DNA of 36,954 nucleotides from Gammaproteobacteria bacterium (GCA_029864465.1 JAOTTJ010000003.1:1-36954), one strand, 5' to 3'. Shown: positions 1 to 9,985, counted from the first letter of the stretch. Numbers and translations: made by a program. Notes: a model not told the origin generated them from the letters alone.

Positions 1-613
1 CGTACAGGACATGCTTGGCCGGAATCAGGTGCAGCTGCTTGAGCTCGGCACGGTCCTCGCGCGACAGCTCGACGTGGCGTACCGGCGTGCCGGCCTCGAG
101 TCCCGTCTTGACGCGAGCGAGCAGATCACGCCATGCGATGGCTTCTTTTTCGTTTGCTTTGGCCTGACGCTCGGCGCGCTCGTGCGCTTTCGTCACCGTC
201 TCGAGATCCGCGAGCAGCAGCTCCGTCTCGATGACGTCGATGTCGCCGGCCGGGTCGATCTGTCCGGCCACGTGAGTCACGTTCTCATCGGCAAAGCAGC
301 GTACGAGATGCAGGATCGCATGCGTTTCGCGAATGTGCGCGAGGAACTGGTTGCCGAGCCCTTCGCCTTGGGAGGCGCCCTTGACGAGTCCGGCGATATC
401 GACGAACTCAACAACGGTCGGCACGACCTTCTCGGGCTTCACGATGGTAGCGATCGCTTCGAGTTTCGGGTCGGGCACGCTGACGATGCCAACGTTCGGG
501 TCAATCGTGCAAAATGGGTAGTTCTCGGCCGGAATTTCCGCAGCCGTGAGCGCGTTGAACAGTGTCGATTTGCCGACATTCGGCAGGCCGACGATGCCGC
601 ACTTGATACCCAT
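1..613 (-). CDS. ychF: Redox-regulated ATPase YchF (Obg family), C-terminal part outside the window
   Basis: Not in the ORF track. Manual translation from the ATG at 613 gives MGIKCGIVGLPNVGKSTLFNALTAAEIPAENYPFCTIDPNVGIV (P-loop GLPNVGKS and NYPFCTI). It lies in the usual position after pth. Confidence 0.97.
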   Translation of the reverse strand, partial: MGIKCGIVGLPNVGKSTLFNALTAAEIPAENYPFCTIDPNVGIVSVPDPKLEAIATIVKPEKVVPTVVEFVDIAGLVKGASQGEGLGNQFLAHIRETHAILHLVRCFADENVTHVAGQIDPAGDIDVIETELLLADLETVTKAHERAERQAKANEKEAIAWRDLLARVKTGLEAGTPVRHVELSREDRAELKQLHLIPAKHVLY

Positions 614-617
614 CCGC

Positions 618-1250
618 TCAGTCGCCGGAATCCGTTGCGTCGGTGCCGGCTTGCGGGGGCGTCCCCCTGGCACGGGTGTGCAACTGCGTCTTGGCGCGCT
701 CGGGACCGTCGCTCAGAAACACCGGGATCGCCTCGGCGCCAGCTGTGATCGCTTCTAACATGAGCTCGAGCTGCTCGGCCGTCGGGCGGCGGAGGACGTA
801 ACCCGAAACCTCGTCTTTGCGCCCGGGCCCCGGATGGCCGATGCCGAGCCGCAGCCGCCAAAACGCCTTGCCGATGTGGGCGACGATGTCGCGCATGCCG
901 TTGTGACCCCCATGACCGCCGTCGAATTTCAGCTGCGCGCGCCCGGGTTCGAGATCGAGCTCGTCATAGGCGACGAGCATGCGCTCGGGCGGGATCTTGA
1001 AGTAGCTCAGCGTTGCAGCAACGGATCGGCCGCTGTTATTCATATAGGTCTGTGGCTTCAGCAGGCGAACTCGATCCGCCCCGATCGTGACGTCGGCGAT
1101 TTCGCCCTGCAGACGCTTATCCGCCCTGAACGTGGCGCCACACTCGCGCGCGATGATGTCCGTGAGCCAGAAGCCGGCATTGTGGCGGTCCTCGAGATGC
1201 TCCGCACCCGGATTCCCGAGACCGACGATGAGCTCGATAGCCTGACTCAT
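618..1250 (-). CDS. pth: Peptidyl-tRNA hydrolase
   Basis: LIVGLGNPG, RHNAGF, KPQTYMNNSG, GGHGGHNG and RLRLGIGHPG motifs; synteny. Confidence 0.97.
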   Translation of the reverse strand: MSQAIELIVGLGNPGAEHLEDRHNAGFWLTDIIARECGATFRADKRLQGEIADVTIGADRVRLLKPQTYMNNSGRSVAATLSYFKIPPERMLVAYDELDLEPGRAQLKFDGGHGGHNGMRDIVAHIGKAFWRLRLGIGHPGPGRKDEVSGYVLRRPTAEQLELMLEAITAGAEAIPVFLSDGPERAKTQLHTRARGTPPQAGTDATDSGD

Positions 1251-1273
1251 TGGAAGATCCTAACTGCTGCGCT

Positions 1274-1307
1274 GCGAAACACGAAGGCCGCCCTGGGGCG
1301 GCCTTCG
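1274..1307 (-). terminator. Probable intrinsic terminator or stabilising hairpin after rplY
   Basis: 11-bp perfect stem CGAAGGCCGCC (1282-1292) / GGCGGCCTTCG (1297-1307) with a 4-nt loop, followed on the minus strand by TGTTT (short U tail). Confidence 0.6.
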
Positions 1308-1327
1308 GCAGCGAGATGCTCGGGGAA

Positions 1328-2017
1328 TCAGTCGGAAGATTCTTTCGACGCTTCGCCTTCGTCCTCGGCAGGTGCCTCGGCCTCGCCCTCGGCGGCGGCT
1401 GCCAGAATCTCCTCTTCGGCGGCCTCGACCTCTTCTTCCTCGCGGCGCGGCGGGTTGATTGAAATAACGGCCGGGTCGCGCTCGTGAGCGAGATCGACGA
1501 AGGTCACGCCCTCCGGTGCGGCGACGTCCGACAGGTGCAGGAGCTGATTGAGCTCCATATGGCTAATGTCGAGCTCGATGAACTCGGGCAGGTCTTTCGG
1601 CAGGCACGACACCTCGATTTCCGTCATGAGGCGCGCGACCTCGCCGCCCTGCTGCTTGACGCCTATTGACGCTTCCTCGCCGAGGAAGTGGATCGGCACA
1701 TTCAGCGTGATCTCCTCGTCCTCGAGAATGCGCTGGAAATCGACGTGTAGGACCTGTCGTTTGGCAGGGTGGCGCTGGACGTCTTTGACGATCACGGGCT
1801 GGGTGTTTTCGCCTTCCTTCAGCGAGATGATGCTCGTGTAGAACGCCTCCTTCTCCATCTGGTGCATGAGGGTGTTCTGGTTCAGGGAAATCGCCCGCGG
1901 GTCGCGTCCGGCGCCGTACAGCACAGCCGGCACCATGCCGGTCCGGCGCAGGCGGCGGCTGTTGGCCTTGCCTTGCAGATCGCGTGATTCGAATTCCAGC
2001 TCGAAGCCCTTGCTCAT
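1328..2017 (-). CDS. rplY: 50S ribosomal protein L25 / general stress protein Ctc (long form with acidic tail)
   Basis: GKANSRRLRRTGMVPAVLYG, DVQRHP, HVDFQR, CLPKDLPEFIELDIS; lies between prs and pth. Confidence 0.97.
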   Translation of the reverse strand: MSKGFELEFESRDLQGKANSRRLRRTGMVPAVLYGAGRDPRAISLNQNTLMHQMEKEAFYTSIISLKEGENTQPVIVKDVQRHPAKRQVLHVDFQRILEDEEITLNVPIHFLGEEASIGVKQQGGEVARLMTEIEVSCLPKDLPEFIELDISHMELNQLLHLSDVAAPEGVTFVDLAHERDPAVISINPPRREEEEVEAAEEEILAAAAEGEAEAPAEDEGEASKESSD

Positions 2018-2067
2018 GGCTCTCTCCTTCCGGGGGCGCGGATAATACCAAGAATTCCGACAAGTTT

Positions 2068-2112
2068 GGGGTCAGAGTCGAATTATCGGTTCGATAATTC
2101 GACTCTGACCCC
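2068..2112. repeat. Perfect 21-bp inverted repeat (REP-like palindrome)
   Basis: GGGGTCAGAGTCGAATTATCG-gtt-CGATAATTCGACTCTGACCCC in the prs-rplY spacer. Confidence 0.9.
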
Positions 2113-2132
2113 GGTCGCGGACCCCAGTCTCG

Positions 2133-3086
2133 CTAATCGACGTATAACGAGCTCACTGACTCCGCGTCGCTGATACGCCGTAGCGTTTCGGCCAGCAGCT
2201 CGGAGACGCTGAGTTGGCGGATCGTGTCGCAGGCCTGAGCCGCCGGGCTCAGTGGGATCGTGTCGGTGACGACGAGCTCGTCGAGGACGGAGTTCTCCAG
2301 GCGCTCGACGGCCGGGCCCGACAGCACAGGGTGGGTAATATAGGCCACGACCCGCTCGGCGCCGTGCTGCTTGAGAACATCGCATGCTGCGCACAAGGTG
2401 CCGGCAGTATCGATGAGGTCATCAATCATGACGCAGGTCTTGCCGTCTACCTCACCAATGACATTCATGACTTCGGCCTGATTGGCCTGGGGACGGCGCT
2501 TATCGATAATCGCGAGACCCGCATCGTCGAGGCGTTTGGCCAGCGCCCGCGCCCGGACGACACCGCCGACATCCGGTGAGACGACGACCATCGAATCGTA
2601 TTCCCGCTTCCAGACGTCGCCGAGCAGCACGGGCGAGGCGTAGACGTTGTCCACGGGCACGTCGAAGAAGCCCTGAATCTGGTCCGCGTGCAGGTCCACC
2701 GTGAGCACTCGGTCGATGCCGGCTGCGCCGATGAGCTTGGCCACGAGCTTGGATGTGATCGGCACGCGAGCTGCGCGCGTACGCCGGTCCTGGCGCGCGT
2801 AGCCAAAGTACGGAATCAACGCCGTGATTCTGCCGGCAGAGGCGCGCTGGCAGGCATCGGCCATGACGAGAAGCTCCATGAGATTCTCGTTAGTCGGGGG
2901 GCAGGTAGGCTGGATCAGGAATACGTCGCGGCCGCGGACGTTCTCCAGGATCTCGCAGTTGATCTCGCCGTCGCTGAAGCGTCCGACGCTGATCTTACCG
3001 AGCGGGATCCTGAGATGGTGCGCAATGTCCTGTGCGAGCTTGGGGTGGGCATTGCCGGAGAAAATCGTGATCGGTCCGAGATCCAA
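2133..3086 (-). CDS. prs: Ribose-phosphate pyrophosphokinase
   Basis: [50 protein letters not shown]; TTG start preceded by a GAGGAG RBS. Confidence 0.98.
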   Translation of the reverse strand: MDLGPITIFSGNAHPKLAQDIAHHLRIPLGKISVGRFSDGEINCEILENVRGRDVFLIQPTCPPTNENLMELLVMADACQRASAGRITALIPYFGYARQDRRTRAARVPITSKLVAKLIGAAGIDRVLTVDLHADQIQGFFDVPVDNVYASPVLLGDVWKREYDSMVVVSPDVGGVVRARALAKRLDDAGLAIIDKRRPQANQAEVMNVIGEVDGKTCVMIDDLIDTAGTLCAACDVLKQHGAERVVAYITHPVLSGPAVERLENSVLDELVVTDTIPLSPAAQACDTIRQLSVSELLAETLRRISDAESVSSLYVD

Positions 3087-3118
3087 GCTCGCGCTCCTCT
3101 AATGTTTCTGTCGATAAA

Positions 3119-3193
3119 TGGCTGGGGTGGCAGGATTCGAACCTGCGCATGACGGGATCAAAACCCGTTGCCTTACCACTTGGCTACACCCCA
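3119..3193 (-). tRNA. tRNA-Gln (anticodon TTG) with encoded CCA
   Basis: Reverse complement TGGGGTGTAGCCAAGTGGTAAGGCAACGGGTTTTGATCCCGTCATGCGCAGGTTCGAATCCTGCCACCCCAGCCA; anticodon stem ACGGG/CCCGT, loop TT-TTG-AT, T-loop GTTCGAATC. Confidence 0.98.
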
Positions 3194-3207
3194 GGGGATA
3201 GGGCGCT

Positions 3208-3237
3208 ATTGTGATGCCGCCGCCACGCTGGTTTCAA
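3208..3237 (-). promoter_or_regulatory. Putative sigma70 promoter for tRNA-Gln-prs
   Basis: TTGAAA (3237-3232)-N18-CACAAT (3213-3208) followed by a GC-rich discriminator; the -35 overlaps the lolB stop codon. Confidence 0.45.
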
Positions 3238-3830
3238 GGCGCCGGGTCAAAGCTGTCGACGACAATGCGAAACGCGAGTGGCCCGTGGCTCAGATCGATG
3301 CGCCGCGGCACGAGCACGCCAGCGGCGAGCTGATGGCTCACGAAGCTCAGCTGCCAGAGGCGCTGATCGAGCGCCGCGAGCAGGCTGTCCTCGCTGATGC
3401 GCGTTTGCGCGGAGTAATCGGGATCGGGCAAGCCAAGCAGCCAGCTCTTGAAGCTCGTGACCGGCAGCCACCAGCCAACGAGCTCGGAGAGCTGCGCCTC
3501 CGGCTCATCGAGGCTCCAGGTCTCGCCACGCGCCTCGACGACGAGTGCCTCGGCTGGACCCGAGACGCGCAGCATATTCGTACCCAACGGGCCGCGGACC
3601 GTCAACGCGAGCGCATCGGGCTCCTGCGACCACTGGAAACGGCCCTGAAATGCGCGCTCGCCGGTATCCACGGCGATACGGCCGCGCATTGCCCAAGATT
3701 GAAGTCCCATGAGGTAGTCGCGCCGCTCGTCGTAGCTCAGCTCGTCGCTACCCGGCTGCAGGTGCGTGCAGGCGGTCAACGTGGCGCCGACGATCAGCGC
3801 GGCTGCGAGCGACCCGCAGCGCCGGGTCAT
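3234..3830 (-). CDS. lolB: Outer-membrane lipoprotein insertion protein LolB
   Basis: Lipobox LTAC; WAMRGRIAV, GRFQWSQ, RGPLG, LVGWWLPV, WLLGLP; sits next to the TPR gene. Confidence 0.92.
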   Translation of the reverse strand: MTRRCGSLAAALIVGATLTACTHLQPGSDELSYDERRDYLMGLQSWAMRGRIAVDTGERAFQGRFQWSQEPDALALTVRGPLGTNMLRVSGPAEALVVEARGETWSLDEPEAQLSELVGWWLPVTSFKSWLLGLPDPDYSAQTRISEDSLLAALDQRLWQLSFVSHQLAAGVLVPRRIDLSHGPLAFRIVVDSFDPAP

Positions 3831-5614
3831 GGCCCTAGGCGTTTGCTGACGTCGAGCAGGAAGTCGCTGTCCGGGTGTGAGGCCAGCTCACGCTCGAGCA
3901 GCGACCGAGCCTCAGCTTCGCGGCCCATGGCCCAATAAACCTCGATGATGTGTGCGGCGACTTCCGGGTCCGGGAACAGCTCGAATGCGCGCTGCAGGTG
4001 CTCTAACGCCGCATCGTAGTCCCCTAGATGAAACAGTACCCAACCCATACTGTCGATGATTGCGGCGTTATCCGGTTCCAGCATCAGCGCCTGCTCGATG
4101 TAGCCGTAGGCTTCGTCGTGCCGGTCAAGCGAGTCCGTCAACAGATACCCCAGGGCGTTCAGGAGCCCTGCATCCTCGGGCGTGTCGGCAATGATCGCTT
4201 CTAACGCCGACGCCGCTCGGCGCAAGCGGCCTTGCTCCTGGTAAAGCAGTGCTTGCGCATAACGCAGCGACAGGTCGTCGGGATAGAGGCGCAGGCCTTC
4301 GCGCAGCAGGTCATCGGCCAAATCGAGCTCGTCGCGCCCGACAGCCGCCTGAGCACGAACGATGTAGATCTGCAGTTGCGCTTGCTCGAGAATGCGGTTC
4401 TCAGCGTGGCGCTCGAGCGCTTCGGTGATAACGGCCGACGCTTCGTCATGACGCTCCATGCGCAGCAGCAGATCGCTCTGCGAGACGAGCATCTCGATCT
4501 CATAGTCCGGGTTGCCGAGACCGAATTCCCGCAGGTGTTGCAGAGCGCCTTCCTGATCCCCGAGCTGGGTATAGAGCACGTTCGCGGCGCGCAGCTGTGC
4601 CTCCACGACGTTCGATCCGCTCGTGACCCGGGAATAGGAGCGCAATGCCTGCAGCGGCTGCTCCTCGGTCTCGGCGATGCGGCCTAAGTAGTAGAACGCC
4701 TCCTCGCGAAAGCGCGGCTGTGCTCTGAGCTGCTCGAAGTATCCTTGGGAGGCCTCGAGATCGTTCTGCGTCAAGGTCAGAAAGGCCAGCGCACGGATGG
4801 CTTCGGGCAAGCCCGGGTTCGTGGTCAGGATCTCATCGAGGCGTTCCCGTGCGGTATCGGCATGCCCCGCCGACAGCAGCAGCTCTGCGTATTGCAGCTG
4901 GACCTCGAGCTCCGCATTTTCCGTCGCGAGCGACTCGATGAGTGCGAGGCCTTCCTCGGCGCGGCCTGTGAGCACGAGCAGGCGCGCAACCAAGAGCTGC
5001 GCTTCGATCCATGCAGGCCGCAGCTCCGCCGCACGACGCGCACTTTGGACGGCGAGCTCGAACTCATCGACGCGCATCGCGAGGCGCGCGAGGCCGAAGT
5101 GGCCCTCTGCAACGTCCGGATGGTTCTCGACGAGGCGCGCGACCAGTGCCATGACGGCCGCGTCGTCGGCCTCATCGAAGATGGCCTCGATGATCAGGGC
5201 CAAGCCGGCGGCCTCGTTTCGGGCCGTCTCGAGCAGCTCCTCGAAGACGGTGACGGCACCCTCGAGATCACCGCCGCGCAGCAGAAATAACCCCAGAAAC
5301 TGGTTCGACCGAGGATCGTTTGGATCGACTTCCCGCCACCGCTGCGCGGCGGCCAGGCCGATGTCGTTGAGTTCCAGCTGATGGGCCATCTCCGCGGCAA
5401 TCCCGGCCAGTCTCGGTTCCTCCGAGATCATCGCCGCGGCGAGATAATGCTCGGCTGCCTCGACGAACTGCTCGCGCTCACGAGCGAGCTCCGCTAGAAG
5501 AACGTAGGAGTCGAGGTCGGCCCTGCGATCGCCGCGCTCGGGCAGGCCCGTGGTCGCGCAGCTCGCGAGCCAGGCCAGGACGATCGCGACGATGATTTTG
5601 TAGGGAATGCCCAT
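3827..5614 (-). CDS. TPR-repeat lipoprotein (positional homologue of Pseudomonas PA4667/LbcA)
   Basis: Lipobox LASC; many TPRs; C-terminal LNALGY...A..LEPDNAAIIDSMGWVLFHLG...PDPEVAAH. Start at 5614 preferred; 5626 is possible. Confidence 0.85.
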   Translation of the reverse strand: MGIPYKIIVAIVLAWLASCATTGLPERGDRRADLDSYVLLAELAREREQFVEAAEHYLAAAMISEEPRLAGIAAEMAHQLELNDIGLAAAQRWREVDPNDPRSNQFLGLFLLRGGDLEGAVTVFEELLETARNEAAGLALIIEAIFDEADDAAVMALVARLVENHPDVAEGHFGLARLAMRVDEFELAVQSARRAAELRPAWIEAQLLVARLLVLTGRAEEGLALIESLATENAELEVQLQYAELLLSAGHADTARERLDEILTTNPGLPEAIRALAFLTLTQNDLEASQGYFEQLRAQPRFREEAFYYLGRIAETEEQPLQALRSYSRVTSGSNVVEAQLRAANVLYTQLGDQEGALQHLREFGLGNPDYEIEMLVSQSDLLLRMERHDEASAVITEALERHAENRILEQAQLQIYIVRAQAAVGRDELDLADDLLREGLRLYPDDLSLRYAQALLYQEQGRLRRAASALEAIIADTPEDAGLLNALGYLLTDSLDRHDEAYGYIEQALMLEPDNAAIIDSMGWVLFHLGDYDAALEHLQRAFELFPDPEVAAHIIEVYWAMGREAEARSLLERELASHPDSDFLLDVSKRLGP

Positions 5615-5662
5615 GGTCAGCGGCATCGACTATACCGTAAAAGACCCGGCCGGCACTGCGGC

Positions 5663-5691
5663 TTGAGTCCCATCCGGGATTCGCTGACAAT
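5663..5691 (+). promoter_or_regulatory. Putative sigma70 promoter for mscS-prfA-prmC-moeB
   Basis: TTGAGT-N17-GACAAT upstream of the mscS RBS. Confidence 0.35.
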
Positions 5692-5746
5692 TCCACGGCT
5701 AAACGGGGCGCCCGCGCACGCCCAGAACAACAATTACGAGGAAATC

Positions 5747-6598
5747 ATGATGGAAGGCTTTCAGGCGCTACTAGGCCAATGGGGTGACCCCGAGTATCTC
5801 GTGCCGCTGCTGGCGAGCCTGGGCGGGCGTTTGATCGGCGCGATTGCAATATTCGTCATCGGACGCTGGGTCGCCAAAGGGCTTGCGAGCTGGTTCCGCC
5901 GCGGCGTGATCAACGCCGGCGTTGAGGAGACGCTTGCGCGGTTCCTCGCAAACCTCATCAATATCGTCCTCATCGCACTCGTCATCCTGACCGCGCTCTC
6001 GACGCTCGGTATCAACACGACGAACTTCCTCGCTATTGTCGGTGCTGCAGGCTTGGCGATTGGCTTGGCGCTCAAGGACTCGCTCTCGAACTTTGCTGCC
6101 GGCGTCATGCTCGTGTTTTTCCGCCCGTTCAAGGTCGGCGACTACATCGACGCTGCCGGTATAGCAGGTTCCGTCGAGAGCATCCGAATCTTCAGCACGG
6201 TTCTGAAGACGCCGGACAACCGCGTCATCACGGTGCCGAACGCCTTGATCTACGGCGCAACGATTACAAATTTCTCTGCGGAAGACACGCGCCGGGTCGA
6301 TCTCATGATCGGCATCAGCTATAACGACGACATCGCTCGGGCCAAGGCGCTCATTCAGGGCGTCATCGCTGAGGATTCCCGTATCTTGACTGAGCCTGCT
6401 TCCCAGCTGCTCGTCATGGAACTCGGCGCAAGCAGCGTGGATATCGCAGTGCGCGTCTGGTGCGCCACATCTAACTACTGGCAGGTCAGGAGCGACATGC
6501 TCGAGAAGATCAAGACCACGCTCGAGGGGGCCGGCTTGTCGATTCCGTATCCGCAGCAGGACGTACATATCGTCAGTACCGTCGCCGGGAACGCGTGA
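5747..6598 (+). CDS. mscS: Small-conductance mechanosensitive channel
   Basis: [56 protein letters not shown]; GAGGA RBS before the ATG at 5747. Confidence 0.93.
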   Translation: MMEGFQALLGQWGDPEYLVPLLASLGGRLIGAIAIFVIGRWVAKGLASWFRRGVINAGVEETLARFLANLINIVLIALVILTALSTLGINTTNFLAIVGAAGLAIGLALKDSLSNFAAGVMLVFFRPFKVGDYIDAAGIAGSVESIRIFSTVLKTPDNRVITVPNALIYGATITNFSAEDTRRVDLMIGISYNDDIARAKALIQGVIAEDSRILTEPASQLLVMELGASSVDIAVRVWCATSNYWQVRSDMLEKIKTTLEGAGLSIPYPQQDVHIVSTVAGNA

Positions 6599-7683
6599 AG
6601 CCGTCGATCGAGGAAAAGCTGACACGACTCGTCGAGCGCTATGAGGAAATCGCTCATCTACTCAGCGATCCTGCGGTCATTTCGGATAACGACAAGTTCA
6701 GGGACCTGTCGAAGGAGTACGCGCGCCTAGAGCCTGTCGCTAAGGATTTCAGCGCATATAAGCTGCTGGCGCGCGATCTTGCCGATGCGCGGGAGATGTC
6801 CGATAGCGGGGACGTGGAGCTCAAAGCGCTCGGCGACGAGGAGGCCGAGTCGCTCGCCGCCCGTATCGAAGAGCAGGAACAGCTGCTCGCGGTTCATTTG
6901 ATTCCGGTCAACCCCGATGACGATGCGAATCTGTATCTTGAGATTCGTGCCGGGACGGGCGGCGACGAAGCCGCGCTGTTCGCCGGCGATCTGTTTCGTA
7001 TGTACGGGCGCTATGCCGAGCAGCAGGACTGGCGAGTCGAGATCCTGAGCGCCAACGAAGGCGAGCACGGCGGATACAAAGAGATAATTTCCCGCGTCGT
7101 CGGCAAGGGCGCGTATGCGAAGCTCAAGTTCGAGTCGGGCGCGCATCGCGTGCAACGCGTGCCCGAGACAGAATCCCAGGGCCGGATTCACACCTCGGCT
7201 TGCACGGTGGCCGTCCTGCCCGAGCGCGAAGACGTCGAAGACATCGAGGTCAACCCCGGCGATCTGCGTGTCGACACATACCGTGCCTCGGGCGCAGGTG
7301 GCCAGCACGTGAACAAGACCGACTCGGCCGTGCGCCTCACGCATCTACCGACCGGTATCGTCGTCGAGTGCCAGGACGAGCGCTCGCAGCACAAGAACCG
7401 CGCCCGCGCTATGACTTTGCTCAAGGCCAAGCTCAAGGACGCTGAGATTGCACGGCAGGAGACCGAGGAGGCCGAGCAGCGCCGCAGCCTCGTAGGTTCG
7501 GGCGACCGATCCGAGCGCATACGCAGCTACAACTTTCCCGAAGGCCGCGTTACAGATCACCGCATCGATCTGAAGCTCTACAGGCTTGGCGAGATTCTCG
7601 AGGGTAATCTCGATCTGCTCATCGAGCCTTTGACGAACGAACATCAGGCCGACCAGCTCGCAGCGGTCGGTGTACTGCAGTGA
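6595..7683 (+). CDS. prfA: Peptide chain release factor 1
   Basis: [13 protein letters not shown]1-type PET motif (RVPETE), [13 protein letters not shown]; the GTG start overlaps the mscS stop (GTGA). Confidence 0.98.
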   Translation: MKPSIEEKLTRLVERYEEIAHLLSDPAVISDNDKFRDLSKEYARLEPVAKDFSAYKLLARDLADAREMSDSGDVELKALGDEEAESLAARIEEQEQLLAVHLIPVNPDDDANLYLEIRAGTGGDEAALFAGDLFRMYGRYAEQQDWRVEILSANEGEHGGYKEIISRVVGKGAYAKLKFESGAHRVQRVPETESQGRIHTSACTVAVLPEREDVEDIEVNPGDLRVDTYRASGAGGQHVNKTDSAVRLTHLPTGIVVECQDERSQHKNRARAMTLLKAKLKDAEIARQETEEAEQRRSLVGSGDRSERIRSYNFPEGRVTDHRIDLKLYRLGEILEGNLDLLIEPLTNEHQADQLAAVGVLQ

Positions 7684-8543
7684 GCGTCGTGGCCGAGTCC
7701 TCGATGGAGGTAACAACACTGGGAAATCTTGCTGATTCGGCAACGCGCACGCTTGCTGCAGCCAGCGATAGTCCGCGCCTCGATGCCGAGCTCCTGCTCG
7801 CCGAGGCTGCCGGTGTCAGTCGAAGCACGATCATTGCGTTTCCCGAGCGCCTCGCCGGTACCGAAGTGCGCGACACTTTCGAGCAACTCGTCGAGCAACG
7901 CCGTGCGCATGTGCCTATCGCCTACCTGCTGGGGCAGCGTGAGTTTTTCTCGTTGACACTCGAGGTCCGTCCGGGTGTGCTCGTGCCGCGACCGGAGACG
8001 GAGCTCATCGTCGAGACAGCGCTCGAGTTGATTCCTGAAGACGGGCCGGCTCTCGTGCTCGATCTCGGTACGGGTTCCGGTGCGATTGCGCTCGCAATCA
8101 AACATGAGCGGTCGCGTGCCAATGTAATAGCAGTGGATTCGAGCAAGGAAGCACTCGTCATTGCACGGCGCAATGCAGCGACGCTGGGCCTCGATGTTCA
8201 GTTCATGGCCTCGGACTGGTTCAGCGCGCTCGAGGATCATGAGATCGATGTCATCGTCGCCAATCCGCCCTACGTCAGAAGCGACGATCCCGCGTTGGCA
8301 ATTGCTTTACGGCACGAGCCTGCAGTGGCGCTCGACGGCGGCCGCGATGGCCTCGACGCCGTTCGCCTCATCGTTGCGAACGCGATCCGCCACCTGACTC
8401 CCGGCGGCTATCTGCTCGTCGAGCACGGCGACTATCAAGGTGACGCGAGCCGCGCGCTCGCTGAGCAGGCGGGCTACCGGGACGTGCGCACGCTCGCGGA
8501 CCTGGCAGGTCGCGATCGCGTGCTCGCCGCGAGGGCGCCATGA
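7680..8543 (+). CDS. prmC: Release factor glutamine methyltransferase
   Basis: [33 protein letters not shown]; follows prfA. Confidence 0.96.
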   Translation: MSVVAESSMEVTTLGNLADSATRTLAAASDSPRLDAELLLAEAAGVSRSTIIAFPERLAGTEVRDTFEQLVEQRRAHVPIAYLLGQREFFSLTLEVRPGVLVPRPETELIVETALELIPEDGPALVLDLGTGSGAIALAIKHERSRANVIAVDSSKEALVIARRNAATLGLDVQFMASDWFSALEDHEIDVIVANPPYVRSDDPALAIALRHEPAVALDGGRDGLDAVRLIVANAIRHLTPGGYLLVEHGDYQGDASRALAEQAGYRDVRTLADLAGRDRVLAARAP

Positions 8544-9283
8544 GCGATCAGACGCGCGACGCGCGGCATATCGCACTCGCGGAGATCGGCGGTGACGGAC
8601 AGGCGCGCATCGCAGCCGGTAAAGTGTTTATCGTCGGTCTCGGCGGACTCGGTTGCCCGGCCGCAGAGTATCTCGCGGCCAGCGGCGTCGGCACGCTCGT
8701 GGTCAACGATTTCGATCACGTCGACACGACGAATTTGTCGCGGCAGATTCTCTACGGACCCGGGGATGTGGGGCGTCTCAAGACTGAAGCTGCTGCCGAG
8801 CGCCTCACGACGTTGAACCCCGACGTCTCGATTCGTCGCCTATCCGAGCGCCTCGATGCCGATCGACTCGAAGCGGAGTTTCGTGACGTGACGCTCGTGC
8901 TCGACGGCACGGACAACTTTGCTTCCCGGCTTGCCGTCAATCGCGCGGCAGTACGTGCGAAAGTGCCGCTCGTCTTCGGCGCGGCGATTCGCCTCGAAGG
9001 TCAGCTCGGTGTGTTCGAGAACAGCGGCGGCGGGCCTTGTTACCGCTGTCTTTACGACGACGAGGACGAATGGCTCGGCAACTGTCAGGGCAACGGCGTA
9101 CTGGCACCCGTGCCGGGCGTTATCGGCACGCTAATGGCTGTCGAGGCGCTCAAGCTGCTTGCGGGCGTGGCTTCTGGGCTCACGCACCGCATGCTGCTCT
9201 GGGATGCGAAAAGCGGGGATTGGCAGGTTATTGGCCTCGCTGCGCGCGCCGATTGTCCAGACTGTCAGTCAGGCGCTCACTGA
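8540..9283 (+). CDS. moeB: MoeB/ThiF family adenylyltransferase
   Basis: GLGGLG, NLSRQILY, DGTDNF, CYRC and C-terminal CPDC zinc motifs; same position as in the prfA-prmC-moeB layout. Confidence 0.85.
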   Translation: MSDQTRDARHIALAEIGGDGQARIAAGKVFIVGLGGLGCPAAEYLAASGVGTLVVNDFDHVDTTNLSRQILYGPGDVGRLKTEAAAERLTTLNPDVSIRRLSERLDADRLEAEFRDVTLVLDGTDNFASRLAVNRAAVRAKVPLVFGAAIRLEGQLGVFENSGGGPCYRCLYDDEDEWLGNCQGNGVLAPVPGVIGTLMAVEALKLLAGVASGLTHRMLLWDAKSGDWQVIGLAARADCPDCQSGAH

Positions 9284-9488
9284 TACGTCTATCGAGCCAA
9301 CGCTTCGGTCTATGCAACCAGCGTGACAAAGTTGGTCGATGACGCGAGAGGCGCTGACCAGGAGCCATCCATGACCCGCAGACGCCACCGGAGGTACGGT
9401 TGCGTAGAAATATTGAAGTATGATTACCGAGTAACTATGCCCAACTCACAAACAACGATAACTGGCATCTGAAGCTCGGGAGGACATC

Positions 9489-9908
9489 ATGCTAAAGGAA
9501 TTCAAGGCCTTCGCCATGCGTGGAAACGTGATTGATATGGCTGTCGGCATCGTAATCGGGGCGGCTTTCGGGCGGATCGTCAGCTCGTTTGTTAACGACG
9601 TCATCATGCCTCCCATCGGTTTACTGATGGGTAATCTCGATTTCAGCAACCTTTTTATTAACCTCGGTAGTAATGACTACGCGTCCCTGGCAATCGCAGA
9701 AGAAGCCGGTGCACCGATAATCAAGTACGGCCTGTTTATCAACAATGTGCTCGATTTTGTCATTGTTGCTTTTGCAATCTTCATGGTCATTAGGGCGATG
9801 AATAAGCTCAAAAAAGCCGAGGAAGAAGCTCCGCCCCCAGCGCCTCCGGAGCCTTCGGATGAGGTGAAGCTGCTTACCGAGATCCGCGACGCGTTGAAGA
9901 GTTCCTAA
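9489..9908 (+). CDS. mscL: Large-conductance mechanosensitive channel
   Basis: [28 protein letters not shown]...LLTEIRDAL; GGGAGG RBS. Confidence 0.98.
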   Translation: MLKEFKAFAMRGNVIDMAVGIVIGAAFGRIVSSFVNDVIMPPIGLLMGNLDFSNLFINLGSNDYASLAIAEEAGAPIIKYGLFINNVLDFVIVAFAIFMVIRAMNKLKKAEEEAPPPAPPEPSDEVKLLTEIRDALKSS

Positions 9909-9985
9909 GAACGCTGGCCTGTGGCGGGCGTACGAACCGTGTGCGCATGTCGGACCCGATAGCCTTTATCGGGTAAGCTCGCCGG

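Noticed and set aside
11-748. 245-aa + strand ORF, and the many other long antisense or alternate-frame ORFs in the track
   Set aside because: They are shadows of real genes (here ychF/pth) caused by high-GC codon bias, and show no recognisable motifs.
3119-3193. tRNA as integration site of a genomic island
   Set aside because: No integrase is present and I saw no duplicated tRNA 3' end; both flanks are core genes.
8540-9283. ThiF/E1 enzyme as part of a ubiquitin-like defence or RiPP system
   Set aside because: It sits in the ordinary prfA-prmC-moeB position, with no E2, JAB, Ubl or precursor peptide nearby.
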